Assembly: GCF_964355755.1 (NCBI RefSeq) | Contig: NC_092673.1 | Span: forward strand, 15,286,948-15,350,947 | Reading direction: 5' to 3' | Source of the DNA: Antedon mediterranea | Taxonomy: Eukaryota; Animalia; Echinodermata | DNA length: 64,000 nucleotides | Shown: piece by piece, positions 1-14,000 of the stretch | How positions within the stretch are numbered: position 1 is the stretch's first letter | Layout of the letters: each line of letters starts with the position of its first letter | Program-made: the position numbers and the translations under genes | The notes under the pieces: generated by a model | Database searches by the model: none | What the model was told of the DNA's origin: nothing | What the model saw: the letters and a program-made list of their open reading frames with translations, nothing else

Positions 1-3000
1 CATAAGTGTTGTCGACAAATTAGCGTCTTAGCTAATTCATCTTTTGTCGTTAACTTCTATTGTCAGGCAAACGAAAAGGGAGTGTTAATTAAATTAGGTT
101 CTCAAGTCAGTTTGAGTGTTTCAACTTGTAATTGTATTAATTGGTGTGATAATGAAGGTATGTTTATGCAACGTTTAGTATTACTCGAATAGACGTGATC
201 GATGTTGCCGATTCTCGTTACTCACACGTTAACGCGAGTTAGCAAGACGCCTTCATCCGCTGACAAAATAATTAATCATTCTATGGAAACAAATTATTAT
301 GTTTTGTTCTTTACCAACGAAGAACGTTTGATTATGTAATTAGATATTATAAATACTGCACTTAAAATACTTGAAGGGTCGCTTTCTTATATACCAGCAT
401 GAGTTGTCAAGTATAGGCATATTATCGATGTTAGCTTGCATGTTACATACACGGTGGATAAAGCTAAGCCTTCACAAGCAATGGGAGATTTATAGAAATA
501 TATGTATGGTTCCTTTTCCTTTCTGTGGTTCCCTTTCTCAAATCTGTAAACAAGACCCGTTTACTGATAATGATCGATACAACGATTATATTTTTCTTAT
601 TGATCATAATGACATTTGATTGGACAGATAATGGTTCCCCAATTTAAGATAAAAACTTTCCTAATTTCTTTATGTTTTCTGTAGGTAAAATGTATGCATG
701 TATCACACATACCACAGGGGTGAGTGTAGTGACTTGTTTGCGTCTATATTGATTATGTGTACTGTACATTTGCGCGAATACGGTAACCTAACTCGTCCAA
801 AGTGAGAGGTTCAAATCTATGGTCAGTCGTTTGCAACGTATAGCCTTTTCCAGCTTCACCAATAATTGTTTTATTTAATGTAGACGATTTCAACTACGAT
901 TTATGTAAAGTTAATACATTGCAAAGATAAGTTCAGAAAACACACATACACAAACAAGGATACTCGCTGAGGATTAATACAACATCAAGCAGGACAGCTT
1001 CCATCATCTCTAATTGTTATTACATAATTAAGAAATACTATCAACCGTTCGATTTCTGCTGGTAATCGAACAGATTGCTACTTATGTTCCAACTAATTCC
1101 ACCAAATAAACACGCTTAATAATCAAGAAAATTGTAATAATAATCAACATTGATGAAACGCGTATTTATGTTAAAACTTACGCGTTGATCCTGACAAAAC
1201 TTAGGGCACTTTACGATGCGTAATTATTACATTATCCATAGAATACAAACAATCCAGTGTAAATTGGGCACTTGTGGGTATGAAGAGTGTGTGTAATACG
1301 AGATAGATTCATCAACAATTGATAGCTCAACTACTGGCCTTCCATGAGTACAGTAATTAAAGAAAAAGCACGCACGCTTAACTTTCTATAGCATATCATT
1401 TTCCAAAATAGATTATACAGTTTTGATTATGTTTACGTACTGAAAATTTTACCTAACATTGTATTTGTACAATATAGAATTACAGGGTGCATATGTGCGT
1501 GTGTGTGTTTAATGTTAGGCGATGGTAAAAATGGTTCAGGAAATTTTTTTTAAACTCTTCATCATAATATAATTACTCCTTTTAATAATTCAATGTTTTA
1601 AAAAACAATATCCCGTATTGTTTCATTTCCATAAACAAACACGTAATCAAAAATATCTAGGAAAATCCAATAACAACAACAAAGGCAAAACAAGTTTACA
1701 AATATTGTATTTGGAATAACATGGAAATAATATAGGCCATAGTGGTAAGTGTGTGGCCGCCATCAAGACAATATGACGCTTAAAATATGATATAACCCGC
1801 CTATTATAAACCGAAATAAAAATTAAAAAGATTATTGTTCGAAATAGCTAAGTGTTATTAGAAACGAACATATTTTTTTGACGAATAAAATGCTGTTCTA
1901 AAAATAGTTTAAATTGTTAAAATACTTGATGTACAAGTACAATTGGCAGAATGAAAATCACGTCGTCATCATCAAAGAACAATTATAATGAATTAAATTT
2001 AATGAGGTTTAAGAGGCATAGAATTGTCGATATCGATTATGACATGTCAGTCGCGGCAAACCTGTCATTCGATAGGCACTCGATTGCTCATCTATCCTCA
2101 CATAATGACCACGTGATTCGCAACATACAGCTGTAATATCACATATTAATAGTCAGGGCTACATTCGCGTTGCAAAATCACTTTGCAATATCAAGAAAAT
2201 TCACCTTAATTAGAAGATTTAACACCCTTAAAAGGACTATTTCAGGATAAGAAAACAACTTTCACGATTTAATAACTTCCCCATTACTGAAGGTGATCGA
2301 AGTCACCGGAAGAGGATCTAGTTAGCACCATGGGAAATTAAATACACTGGGACTACGCTCTTGTTAAACACTTATTTCTGCATGATTTTCAGTCGGGTGA
2401 GAAAAAGAATTAATTTAAACGCCAGAAGTATAGATTTTCTAACTAAGAATATTTCATACAAACGCATGTGTTACACAGCGAGATTAGCTCGAAGTTTGTC
2501 CTAGATTATGCAGATGTCAAAATAATTTAATTTTTAATTTTTAAATTTAATGTTAAAAGTACGATAACCAAATAATTCTTATGAAAGTATTGCATAATTC
2601 ATTATAATAGTAAAAACAATTTTAGAAAAAATACAAAAATTGTAATTAAAAATGAATGGCAGGATTTTTAATTAGAACAAGACGAGTCTTCAAGGAACCA
2701 ACCGTATATATATAAACTTTTATTTCGCAAAATCAATGCATATAAAACTAACATGAAGTATTAACAATATAAAATAGTACCTTAAAAGATTAATGTCAAA
2801 TGCCAGACCAGCTGGCAAACAATTTGGAAAAAAGCAATTATCACACACAGTTTTCACAATTATATTATTTGATAAATTAATACGTAACAAAAAACTATAA
2901 ATAAATAAAACAAAAAAAGTATAGAAAATAAGCCAATAGGACAATGATGAATAGGGACAGCAAACAATAACACACAAAAACACAAATACACGGAAACCAC

Positions 3001-3759
3001 ATACAAATATAGTAAAGTAAGAAATTACAATTTTGTACAAAGAATATAACATTTTTTATTTTCGATCTTTCTACACATAGAAGGGGTATAGCGGAAAAGA
3101 AAAAAGTAATAAAACTGTCATCTTGTGATGTGCTTAACCAGCCCCTGTCAACTAGGACGATACAATAAAACCGTAAATATAAAAATAGAAATGGAAAAAA
3201 TAGCATATAAAAATATGCAAATTATAAAATGTCAGGATTATATTAGGTTAGGTAATGGTCACCGTATTATAAGTTTTAAATCAACTGTGAATAAAGATGA
3301 GATAGCAACGAAAAATAAGTAGGATACTTGTTTGTAGTCAGTACACTTGAAATTATTATGTTGTATCTAGAACGTGTCGTTAAAGAATCGATACTGTCTA
3401 ACAAGTAATGGTAATAACCAAGATTCCATCATGCAAGTATACAGATACAGAGTTAAGTGGCCTTTAAATGATCATAGATTTTGTTCTATCGATTATTGTA
3501 GTTCATTAACTTCCCATCTTTAAGTTCATCATCTTTCCGTTCTTTACCCATCCAAATTTAGTTAGTAGGCCTAATAATTATTGTATATGAGGCTTGTATT
3601 GACCAAAAAACGTCAGCTATAACGCCAAAAAAAATATGAAACCCCCAACTCCTAACGTAATTTGTTTTCCTTATGAAAAGAAGAGACGACACAAAGTGCA
3701 AAAACAAAAATCTTAAAGATGTATAAAAACATAAAAAATGAAGATTAATAAAATCACGT

Positions 3760-3890
3760 TTGAAAAAGACGTTTGATAGACCATTTTGTATTTCTGATAA
3801 AGTTATTCACTTCTGTAGAAAAATAAATTCATTTATAAAAAGACAAAATAAACGGTTAATTTTAACCAAAAACACTGACTGACAGATAAT
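3760..3890. repeat. Dispersed AT-rich repeat; inverted relatives at ~23355-23450 and ~23660-23705
   Basis: CATTTATAAAAAGACAAAATAAACGGTTA..TTAACCAAAAA is the reverse complement of TTTTTGGTTGAATGTAACCGTTTATTTTGTCTTTTTATAAATG at ~23362. Confidence 0.55.
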
Positions 3891-4669
3891 TTAGGCCTAA
3901 GTAATTTTTGCTTTAAATTACGTTTATTTAGGTAAAAAATTGATATAAGATATATCTTTTTTTTAATCCAGTTTTTGGTCAAAGTGACAAATAGTATGTC
4001 ACATTAAAATGACATATTCAACAACTAAATCTAAAATTAAATTATTTTTCAGATGGAAAATATATCTTTAAACAATAGACCCATTAATAATAAGCCCGGA
4101 TCTTTGTAAACGACAGCGCTGTTCTAATTCTTAATCGGATAGGGCCGGCAAAGAATAATGAATTAACATGAAATAAAGTACATTGCATGCAATTAATGGT
4201 ATCATTTTGTGTCGTCTTGCCATATACAAAATCGATTAAAATATAATATTTAATAGAATGAACATAAATAAATGATATGACTCCATTTAATGCCAATCAC
4301 AATACGTGTGTAGCTCAATGATGATTGGTAGGCAAGTGTAAGAAATCAATTGATTTGTCCAATCAAACCTGTTAAATATTAACAGAGCGGGTTTCAATCT
4401 AAGTCGACCAATCAAATTCCCTATTAACAAAAACTATACTTAGATATGAAACCGTTTCTGTGTATGCTATGGAATATTGAATTGTTCATTGGTAATTGAG
4501 TTAAGTAAGCGTTGTTATATCATAAATGAAAGAAGTGTGAAAAATTGACGATCACGACACGAATCGTTGCAAAATTTAAAAAGGAAAGGCGAATTTTTCA
4601 ATCGTTTATTAGATCATGCAGAAATAAGTTCAATTTTTGAAACGGCGCAATAACTTATTTAATAGTTAG

Positions 4670-4743
4670 AGTCACCTTCGGGGCTCCAGTAAAGTGTCCC
4701 CTTAATAGGAGTGTCTCCTGTATAGGAGTTGTGTGTGTTTACC

Positions 4744-4781
<38 letters not shown>

Positions 4782-4850
4782 TCCCGTTGATCATTTCATG
4801 AAAATGTGTCCCCTGAATGGGCATCCCAAAAGGAGGGGTTCATATACTGT
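4670..4850. mobile_element. Degenerate Tigger/pogo-like MITE fragment containing an (ATT)n microsatellite (4746-4781)
   Basis: Shares ACCTTCGG, TGTCCCCT and CCAAAAGGAGGGGTTC...ACTG segments with the copy at 19634-19816; ends ACTG-TA. Confidence 0.5.
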
Positions 4851-7580
4851 AATAAAGAAGATCTTGGAGGAATAAGTAAGCAAAATCAAAGAAATTGGAT
4901 TGATTATACGAACAAAATTCATTATACCGTAGGCCTAATACCTTTTTCCCTAAATCAAGATGTGGTGTTAGAAAAAAAGGAAACAATATGACGAAAAAAG
5001 AGCACCATTAAGGCCCACAGCAGGTATCTTCACGGAGGAACTTTCTTACTCCGTAATGTATTATGATGATGGGTAATGAAAGACAACGAACCGTCACTAG
5101 ATTAAGAATAGTATACTATAGACGTCCTTAACATTTTGAAATGTTAAAGTACAAAAAAAAAGAACCTTAATTTCATACACATTTTGCAAGTTGAGTGATT
5201 ATTTACTTATCTTTTATAATATACAATACAATAAGAACATTGTGAACCGCAAGAAATTGTTTTCTAATATTTAATTAAAGTACAGCATAATCTACTAATA
5301 TAATATACATAATTTGTATTTAATAACCTTTAAGTGTGCGTGCGGTCTGATACTGAATAATTAATAACGGAAGCTTAATACAGATGTTAATTCCCTTTAG
5401 AATTTATTTTATTCATAAAATGTTACTAAATCTGTTTATTATATTCATCTTGATTAATCGAATGTTTTAAACCCCAAATATACTCCAGTCAATTTTCTTT
5501 TAAGAAATGAATATTGAATGAAGATTTTAATTATTTTGAAGCAAGTTGGTCGTATTTCTTAATTGATAATTCACGCGAGTCAGTGGCTGGTGAATTTAAC
5601 AACCGAATTGTAAGGAAATTTCAGTTGTTTTACGAGACATGGACTCCCTGGGTGATAAGTGTAAAGTAGCCGTCTATTAAATTGTTTATAAGCAAACGAT
5701 TAAAGAAACGCCTGCAATGATTATCTTAATACTACTTTTAAGATGCAAAGTGTCGTTGCTTAATTTAAAATTGAAATGCTTATCAATCAATTGATTAACC
5801 GTCTAAACGAACTATCGCATCATCATCTTAATCTTGACTAGAACAAAATCACCCTTCGTTTAGTATTTCACACCAATCATTACAAATGATAGATTATATC
5901 GTTTTAGTAGTGTTATTATTATAGAACAAGTGCGGTCAGAAAATAAACGAAATCCAGTTAATAACACAAAATTAATTGCAGTAATTGTTCGCACCTACCC
6001 GGGGTAATAAAACTCAATATTGAGATGAAGAGTGTTTATAACTTGGTAAATTCTCTCGTTTTTATTTCTTTTCTATTGGTGCAATTTAATTGAGCTTATC
6101 TTCAGAAATCAACGAACAAAATAATTGCAACAAATCAATTAAAACTCAAATTAGATGAGCTAGATTGCAACATCAATAATATTATTTGTAACTCTCATTT
6201 ATATTATGTTGTCAGTTAAGGAACGCCTCATGTTTTCACAAAGTTACAAGCAACTCGGAAATAGAAATGAACTTTCTCGATTATAATTTATTTGTTTATT
6301 ATTTATTTTATTTCACTTCATGATGCTTTTATCCAAAATTACAAAATAAACATAAAAAAGAAAAAGAAAAGAAAAACAATTAAAAAATGTAACAAGGAAC
6401 CAGGCCTGGCATGGACACTGCCATCACCGGGCATTCACTTGGTCACTTTAATTCTGCTAAGCTATATGATGTAATTATTCCTTGAATGTAACATACATTC
6501 CAATGTACTATTTATACTTCATAGTCAGTTATAATAATAATAATAATTACCGTGATTGTTTTTTTTAATGTTGTCAACTGATGGATCCAGAGTGGGTTCA
6601 TCCCCTCCCCAACGTCACAATTATAATCTTAATTTTTATTATAAAATAATCGATAGTTTTAAAAACCTTTTCACACAATGTATTCATTTCTTACCTATTC
6701 AATGCATGAAATACATTAATACAACTAAAGAAGTCATTATATTATATTCAGTTCAATCTACATTTTATCAAGGCCACAACAAAGTAAAAATCCGTCTAAA
6801 ATTATGTTTGATTATACAAAAGTATGCAAGTAGGGTAGCCTATAATAATTCACAGGAATCAACAAGAAGTTGAATTTTATCAGGTTTGTTTGTAAATTGT
6901 ATTGAATCAGCAATATTTCATGAAAATTTACAAAATCAAAATTAATCTTTCATGTGTTTCGTATTTTTAGTTAGAATTATATTTTATAAAAAAAATTAAG
7001 TACTCAGTACTTTGTCATTTTATTTATTTTCTTACACAATTTGGGAATTCCATTTATTTAACAGCGATAAAGTATTTTTAATCAATAATAAAAAATCAAA
7101 ACCAATCAATTCAAAGGTAGAATTAAAATGACAACTAGCTGAATGCTAGTTTTAACTTAGGCTTTTATTAGATTACCACGTACCCCTTAGTATTGAAAAA
7201 AAACCCTAGAGCTAAATACATTATATGTATAGGCTGTGCGGTTTGTATAGAATTGTATAGTAGTGTTGGAAGTTAAGCCGTCTTAAGTGATTGGCATCGT
7301 GTTAAAAAGTGGCAAAAGTAATTAATTCAAGACCCAACTAACAATCCTGTTAGAAAGCACTGTTGCCTAATGAGTAATTCTATAATCACCAATCATCATC
7401 AATTGTCGACCCATTGTAACTCATAATCATTTCTGATTGGTCGCTTTTTAGATCTACGTCATTTTGTCTACCAATGACTTTTGGCTTAGAATAAATGGAG
7501 TTCTATATCTATGTTACTTTGCTTATGATCTGAAAACACAACACACTATATTCTAGCGATCCGGGATAATTAGACTACCT

Positions 7581-7710
7581 ATGCAAATTAACTTTTATTT
7601 TTGTATTTCATCAATTTGTGAAACTTAATCTTAATCAACGTACTGTACACCTGATTGGAACTGTTGGGGTTTATATAAAAGAGTGACATCATCGTACAAC
7701 AAACAGTGAC
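7581..7710 (+). promoter_or_regulatory. Putative Emx core promoter
   Basis: Octamer ATGCAAAT at 7581, reverse CCAAT (CTGATTGG) at 7651 and TATATAAAA at 7672-7680, about 370 bp upstream of the ATG. Inferred from motifs only. Confidence 0.5.
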
Positions 7711-8052
7711 TATTCAACGATGAGTCGGTGTTTATCTCTCTAGAGACGAGACGTACGAACGTTTGACAACTTTATATACCACAACACATGTATTATTTGG
7801 ATATATACGGTATAGACCAGGCAAACGGTAAAGGAAACGAAATAACCATTTAATGCACTTTACGCAACGTTGCAGCGCTCTATCCATGTAAAGAAGGTTC
7901 TTTGATCTTATAAAACAGATTAACTATATTCTGTAATTTTAACAATCATATGTTTAATGAACGGTTTCCGGAAAAGTATTCTTCTAAAGAGTAGATGTGT
8001 TTTCTGAAAGAACTATATATTTATTCAAAGTGATTTATAAGAACAAGTCAGA

Positions 8053-11000
8053 ATGTCTGTAGCAGAAATTTACCAGCCTAAACCGACGTGTTTTAGTATC
8101 GAATCACTTGTTTCAAAGGATGTCCCGTCGTCAGCCGAGTTGAATCATGGTGCATCGCCATTCGCATCACCAGTAACATCTAGATATAAACCCTGTCCAA
8201 CCGAGTCACCGTTTTTAAGTACATTACATTCTATGAAAGGGTTATATTCTGAACCCACTTATGCAGACTCTCATGGGATAGCGATTCCACAACCCATAGG
8301 ACTAAGTCATCACCACCACCCAGGCTTAAGCCCTACACAGAGCCCTGCAGCCTTACATAGTATGTTCCACTCACCTAGGCGAGATCCTTTCAACTTTTAC
8401 CCGTGGTTCTTTTCAAGGAGTCGCCTGTTAGGACAACGTTTTCCAGGTAAGTCAACTGTGCTATATCTAAAAAAGTAATACAGCATTATAATTAACAAGC
8501 ATATTCTTATTTATTTTTGTTAGTCTCGCGCTAATTAAAATAGATCGCGTTAGTAATATCTTTCGGTATGTGCAAATATAATATTTTATAACAATCTATT
8601 TTTTAAACTTTAAATCTTAGTATACTTTTTTTGATATATATAACAGTCATTACCCTCATTCTTATCGTAATGTTTAGTCCCCTCTCCCTACCACTAAAAA
8701 CTTAACATATGTCAGTAATGTAAATCATCTGCTAATTATTGTGGTCCATTTGGCGTCAAATTGGTCAAAAGTTACAACCAAACCTAAGCAAGGTGCAGTG
8801 CACAATATCAAACGTGTGGTTAGACCACTGGATGTGAAGGACGGAGGGCGAGATGAGGTGATGGTCATGAATCGATGGAGAATTAACCTGCTGAAGAGAA
8901 GGCCTAAAGAGATTTTTTAAAGAATGTTATTGATGATTAGGATGAGGATGAAGTTAGGCTATGGTGATTATTTGTTTTGCATGAATATTATTAAACAGAT
9001 AATTTCAAAATGTAATAGCTTTCAACAATTAAAATTAATGATTTAATTATAATGTATAATATTTTAAAAATCAAACTCGTCTACAACATGGAGCTTGGTA
9101 ATTATTTAATGGAACTGGGCCTTTAAAACCACGAACTTGCTGATCTGGTAGGCGCTGCACTGCTGGCTGCCGTCTGTCCGTGGAGGGCCTAATTCGAATT
9201 TCCTCAGTTTCCAGTTGAGGACCAGAATAAACACATTTGTTGTTAACATTTTACCGGCATTTTATCATCATTGGCCAAATAATAAAAAAAAAATAAAAAT
9301 AACCATTGTCGGTAAACTTTATTAGGCCACAAACATTGTAATTATTGTGACAATTTTCCTTACAGTGACAATTATCCTTGAATTGTAATACATAATTGAT
9401 TTCAATTAATGTGAAATGGATACTAATCGTTATATCGATATCCACCCAAACATTTCAAACATAAAGCTCTAAGTTATCAATGGTACCTTAATAACAAGGA
9501 AAATCGATACACTGATTAAATGAATACAAACTATCTACAAAAATAAATGATTTAATTGCCTTGAATACCGAAGACCATCAATTGCAAACAGAATCACGAG
9601 AAGGCTTCCTAAATGGATAATTTAAGCTATAAAGAGTAAATCAAACAACGGAATACACGTTTCTTAAAAGCTGTAAAAGGACTCTAATGAAATGGTTACT
9701 ACAACCAGGCCGCGACAGATGGCGGTTGTTTTGATCTTCATTAAAGGTGTTAATGTTTCCAAGTTTTAAAAGTAATTTTTAGAGTCTTTAAAAGTGTATA
9801 CACTTAATCGAAACAGTAACATAACATTTTGACGGCAAAAATATATAGTTGAATGTTTGGTTTGAATTTACCTACAGATACGCCCTTTAGGCCTATGCCA
9901 AGTATGCCTATGCGAAACATTTACGCAGCATAAGGAAGTAGGCCTACTGGACTCTCAAATTTGCCAATACCTATTTCAATATAGTTACATTAACCTACTG
10001 ATTAGGCCATAACCGGTTAATAATTATATATTATGAAACTAATTTAACGAAAACTAAATGAGCAATTGTGATGCTATTTGATGTTCTTAAGTCTAGAGAT
10101 CTACACTATCAATATCAAACAACGCCCTCTGTAACCATGGAAACATCCACGACGCTCGCATTAGCAGACGATAATTGTTCTTTTAATATGGTTAATTAGT
10201 GTACGTAATCTTACAAACGATCTTACAATACAAACTACATAAGAACCACAGATATCTATTCTCTTCACGATGAGAACAAACAATACGCCACTAATCATAG
10301 GGCAATCCAATTAAATTGGGTAAAGATCGCGTTAATTAAACACTAATGTGTTGAAGAAACACAAGGAGGACGACAGTTCAATGGCCAACAGACATAATGT
10401 TCATTTGTTGCATCACCAAAAAGAACCAACTTTTTAAGTTCATTTTTCGCATGAAAATTGTCCATTTAGGCCTACCGGTTAGATCCAGGACAGGGGATTA
10501 AAAAAATTAAACTAAGAAGGCCTAAATTTCTCTTAGTTATAGGCGAGCTCTTTTAGACGACGGGAATGTGTACCGTAAGCCTACCAGAGTACCTTTCCTT
10601 TTTTTTTTTTTTAATTTCATTTCAACACATACATAATACAAAATTAAGAGATAAAGGTAACGTAACTATTAAACAAATAAGAAGAAACACGATAATTCTC
10701 TCTCAAAAATAAGGGAGTAATGAATTAAAAGAAAAAAATAATAATAATGTATCGCAAAAATACACTTTATAAAAATCATTTTGTAAATAATAATATGGTT
10801 GCCTTGTATTTTTGGTAAATGTGCATTAAGTGATTATAATTAAGTAATTGTTCTTTGATTTTGCAACTAAAAATGTACCACTTTGTAATTAAAATTAGAA
10901 TGTTTGCATCACTGTGTGTTTTTCCAAAACCAAAACATATACTTTCTTTGGTGATAATTAAGTTATTGTTGATATTTCGATACATATATTGTTGAGTACG

Positions 11001-14000
11001 GTACCTTTCCTTTTATTTATTTATGCTTGGTCCACTCTTGAAAATATAGATATTTGATTCATATACTTTTCTATTTATTTTCCTGGTGGAACAGCCTTAA
11101 AGACTTCTAAGCTTATTTAAATTTCTCCAACATAAATGCATTCTACTTTTTTTAAATTTTTGTCATTACATTATAATTTATCTTATGAAAATAAATTGAA
11201 TTCTCTACGTAAGGTGGTGGTAAACCAAACCAACAACATATGATTACTTTTGTCCGAATTATTATTTAAAAGTTGTAAAATTCTTAACTTTTACTATAAT
11301 GATACCTTTAGGCTGATTCGTTGTGTGGCCTAATGAATATTGAATGAGGTGTTTTGGTATTGGTAGTACACGCGTCGGCATTGAATCGCATCAAAAGAAC
11401 ATGCTATTAAATGTAAACAAACCTTCACAACAACTAACTGCCTCTAGGATACATTTTTCAAACGTAACCATACGATATTTAATCTAATTCTAAATCATCA
11501 ATTCGGTAATAATTCTAATTGGTCGTAAATTATTAAAGTTACACTTTGTGTGTAGCCAACCACTCAATTCAATGTAAAAGATGTATGATTGTATTAATTA
11601 ACTACAAAAAATAGGCCTAAACGCTCACTTTTTGCGAAATGTCTAATTGATTCTCCTTGAACTTAAGGGCGAGTATCATTATCATATTATCCCTTCCTAT
11701 ATACAATATATTATAAATACTATAAGCATATTTCAAAATGAAAACCAGAACAAAGTATTATACTTTAGGCCTAACATAATAATTGTTCTGTCGGGGTAAC
11801 AGGCGAACCTGATAGAAATATTGTATTTACTTTCAGAAGATATTTTCAGAATGGTGTACATACTCATGAAATACAAGCGAAAGAAATAAAAAATAGGGCC
11901 TACAAACTTTCGATTTATATATGCCTATATTGAAATCTGAAAACACAATTTTGCTAATGAGGTTCTCATTTTACCTGAAGAAAAAAACAAGTTAGGCCTA
12001 AGAACAAGAGGAAAGTTTATTTAGAGCATTAACCTGATACGAATAAAACACAAAATGAGAACTCGGTTTCGTTTGTCTCCTATTCATAATACTGATTTAT
12101 GATTCCAGTGGGAGATAGAAGTCTACTGTTTCTTTCGTTCCTTCCTTCCTCGACAATTAGTTAAATAAAGTGATTTGTTAGGCATATCGGTTACTTAATA
12201 AATGTTTCATTCGTCTTAATAACTTTAGTACTTGCATATTAAGTGCACAAATATCTCTCGCCAATAAATAACGAACGAGTTATTTTAGTTCATTTTACAA
12301 ATAGACCAGTTAGGCACATTTAAATGATATGAGTATAGACCTAATGTGAGTAACTATAGGCCTACTTTGTGTATTATATGCATAGCAAATTGGGTATTTA
12401 TTTATGTGTTACCTGAATTATACGATTTTAGTTCATGGTACCATTAGTACTTATTTACAGAGCGATTATTATCCAGTTTGAATATAAGGAATGGCAATGA
12501 TTTAGACGGTTGATAAATATGATTATGATACCGCATAGTATATAATTGTCATATATTTTGATAATAATTATCATAATTATTATGATATGGGTAATAGTTT
12601 GATAAACCAGTACAGGGAAATAAAAAATGGCCAAATTATATGATAATAAATGTTAAATTAAAATGGAATAAAATACACACAATACGGTACTAGGTCCTGT
12701 ATGATTTACACCTGGTAATATTTTAGACGCAGACTGCAACTAAATACCTCGATCAGATTTAATTTAGTGAAACATATTTATAAATTATATCCGATTCTCT
12801 AGTTAGAGTATGTCATATTTCAGAAAGGCTTGTAAAACAGACATACAAGTTTCATAAAAACAACTTGAACTTGTCATTGTTACAGAATTATGATGACTGT
12901 TAAACATCAAAATATCAACATAGTTTTAAATGTCAAAATTAGACGAGGAAAACAAATTGCAAGAATATTTTACGGCTCTTTAGGGGATATGATATAATAC
13001 AGGAAAGAAATCAAAAACTCTTGTGAACACTATTAAAATGTCACCTCTAAACAATTGACAATCCATTTATTGCCAATTTTTTGCAAAATTTATTTTACAA
13101 GGTAATTCTAAAAGTTTGTTTCCATACTTTATCTTAAATGAATAATATTTATGGTCATATCTGTCATCAGACATTAAGGTTAATATTTTAATCATAACTA
13201 TTTAGTTTCTATACCATGAACATGCCTCTGTACTTTTTTTTATTAAAACTATCAAAACTTTAAAAAAACACCTTTCATTATTATTATAACACAAAATGTC
13301 TTGATTCGAACTTACAACATACATAGGCCTAATACTAACCTGACATGACATCAATTTACCACATTTTCATACTTGCAATTATAACAAATATAATTTTTTA
13401 ATTAATGGATTTTTAAAATATTTTTTTAGGAGTAGAATTACCGAATGCTGGATTTGGATTTCTTCAGCATCCATTTAGAAAACCAAAACGGATAAGAACC
13501 GCTTTCTCACCATCACAACTTCTACGACTAGAACAAGCATTTGAAAAGAACCACTATGTTGTAGGGGCGGAGAGAAAACAGCTAGCGGCCAACTTAAACC
13601 TTACAGAAACGCAGGTAAGATACCAGTAAACAAATACATTATATAATGCTCTTTACTATTTTAATTAACAGTACGATACAAAAAAAAACATGTGATAAAA
13701 ATATTTATCACATGCTAAATTTCTGATTGATCGAATATCGCTATTTTTATTTTCTACTTATAGGGCATTTTTTTTAAAATTATTTCTTTATTCTGACATA
13801 AAATCATAGGATAAAAACACAATAAAGTACTGAGACGGCAAACTTTGTTGTTCTAAACAAATATTACAGAATAAACAAGAAAACCACACTTTATTAAATA
13901 TAATAAACATACATATAGCAAATTAAATTTCTCTCAATCTAAGAATTTGACGAAAGTAGCCTTTAGGTCTCTGTTTAAATAAATAATAAGTGAATATTAT

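Noticed and set aside
2720-3322. Hydrophobic ~100-aa ORFs upstream of Emx
   Set aside because: Low-complexity A-rich sequence read as F/L/I/Y; no domain or splice support.
4084-4296. Minus-strand ORF containing RIRTALS, resembling homeodomain RIRTAFS
   Set aside because: A stop follows within ten codons, no helix 1-3 residues, no supporting exons; chance match.
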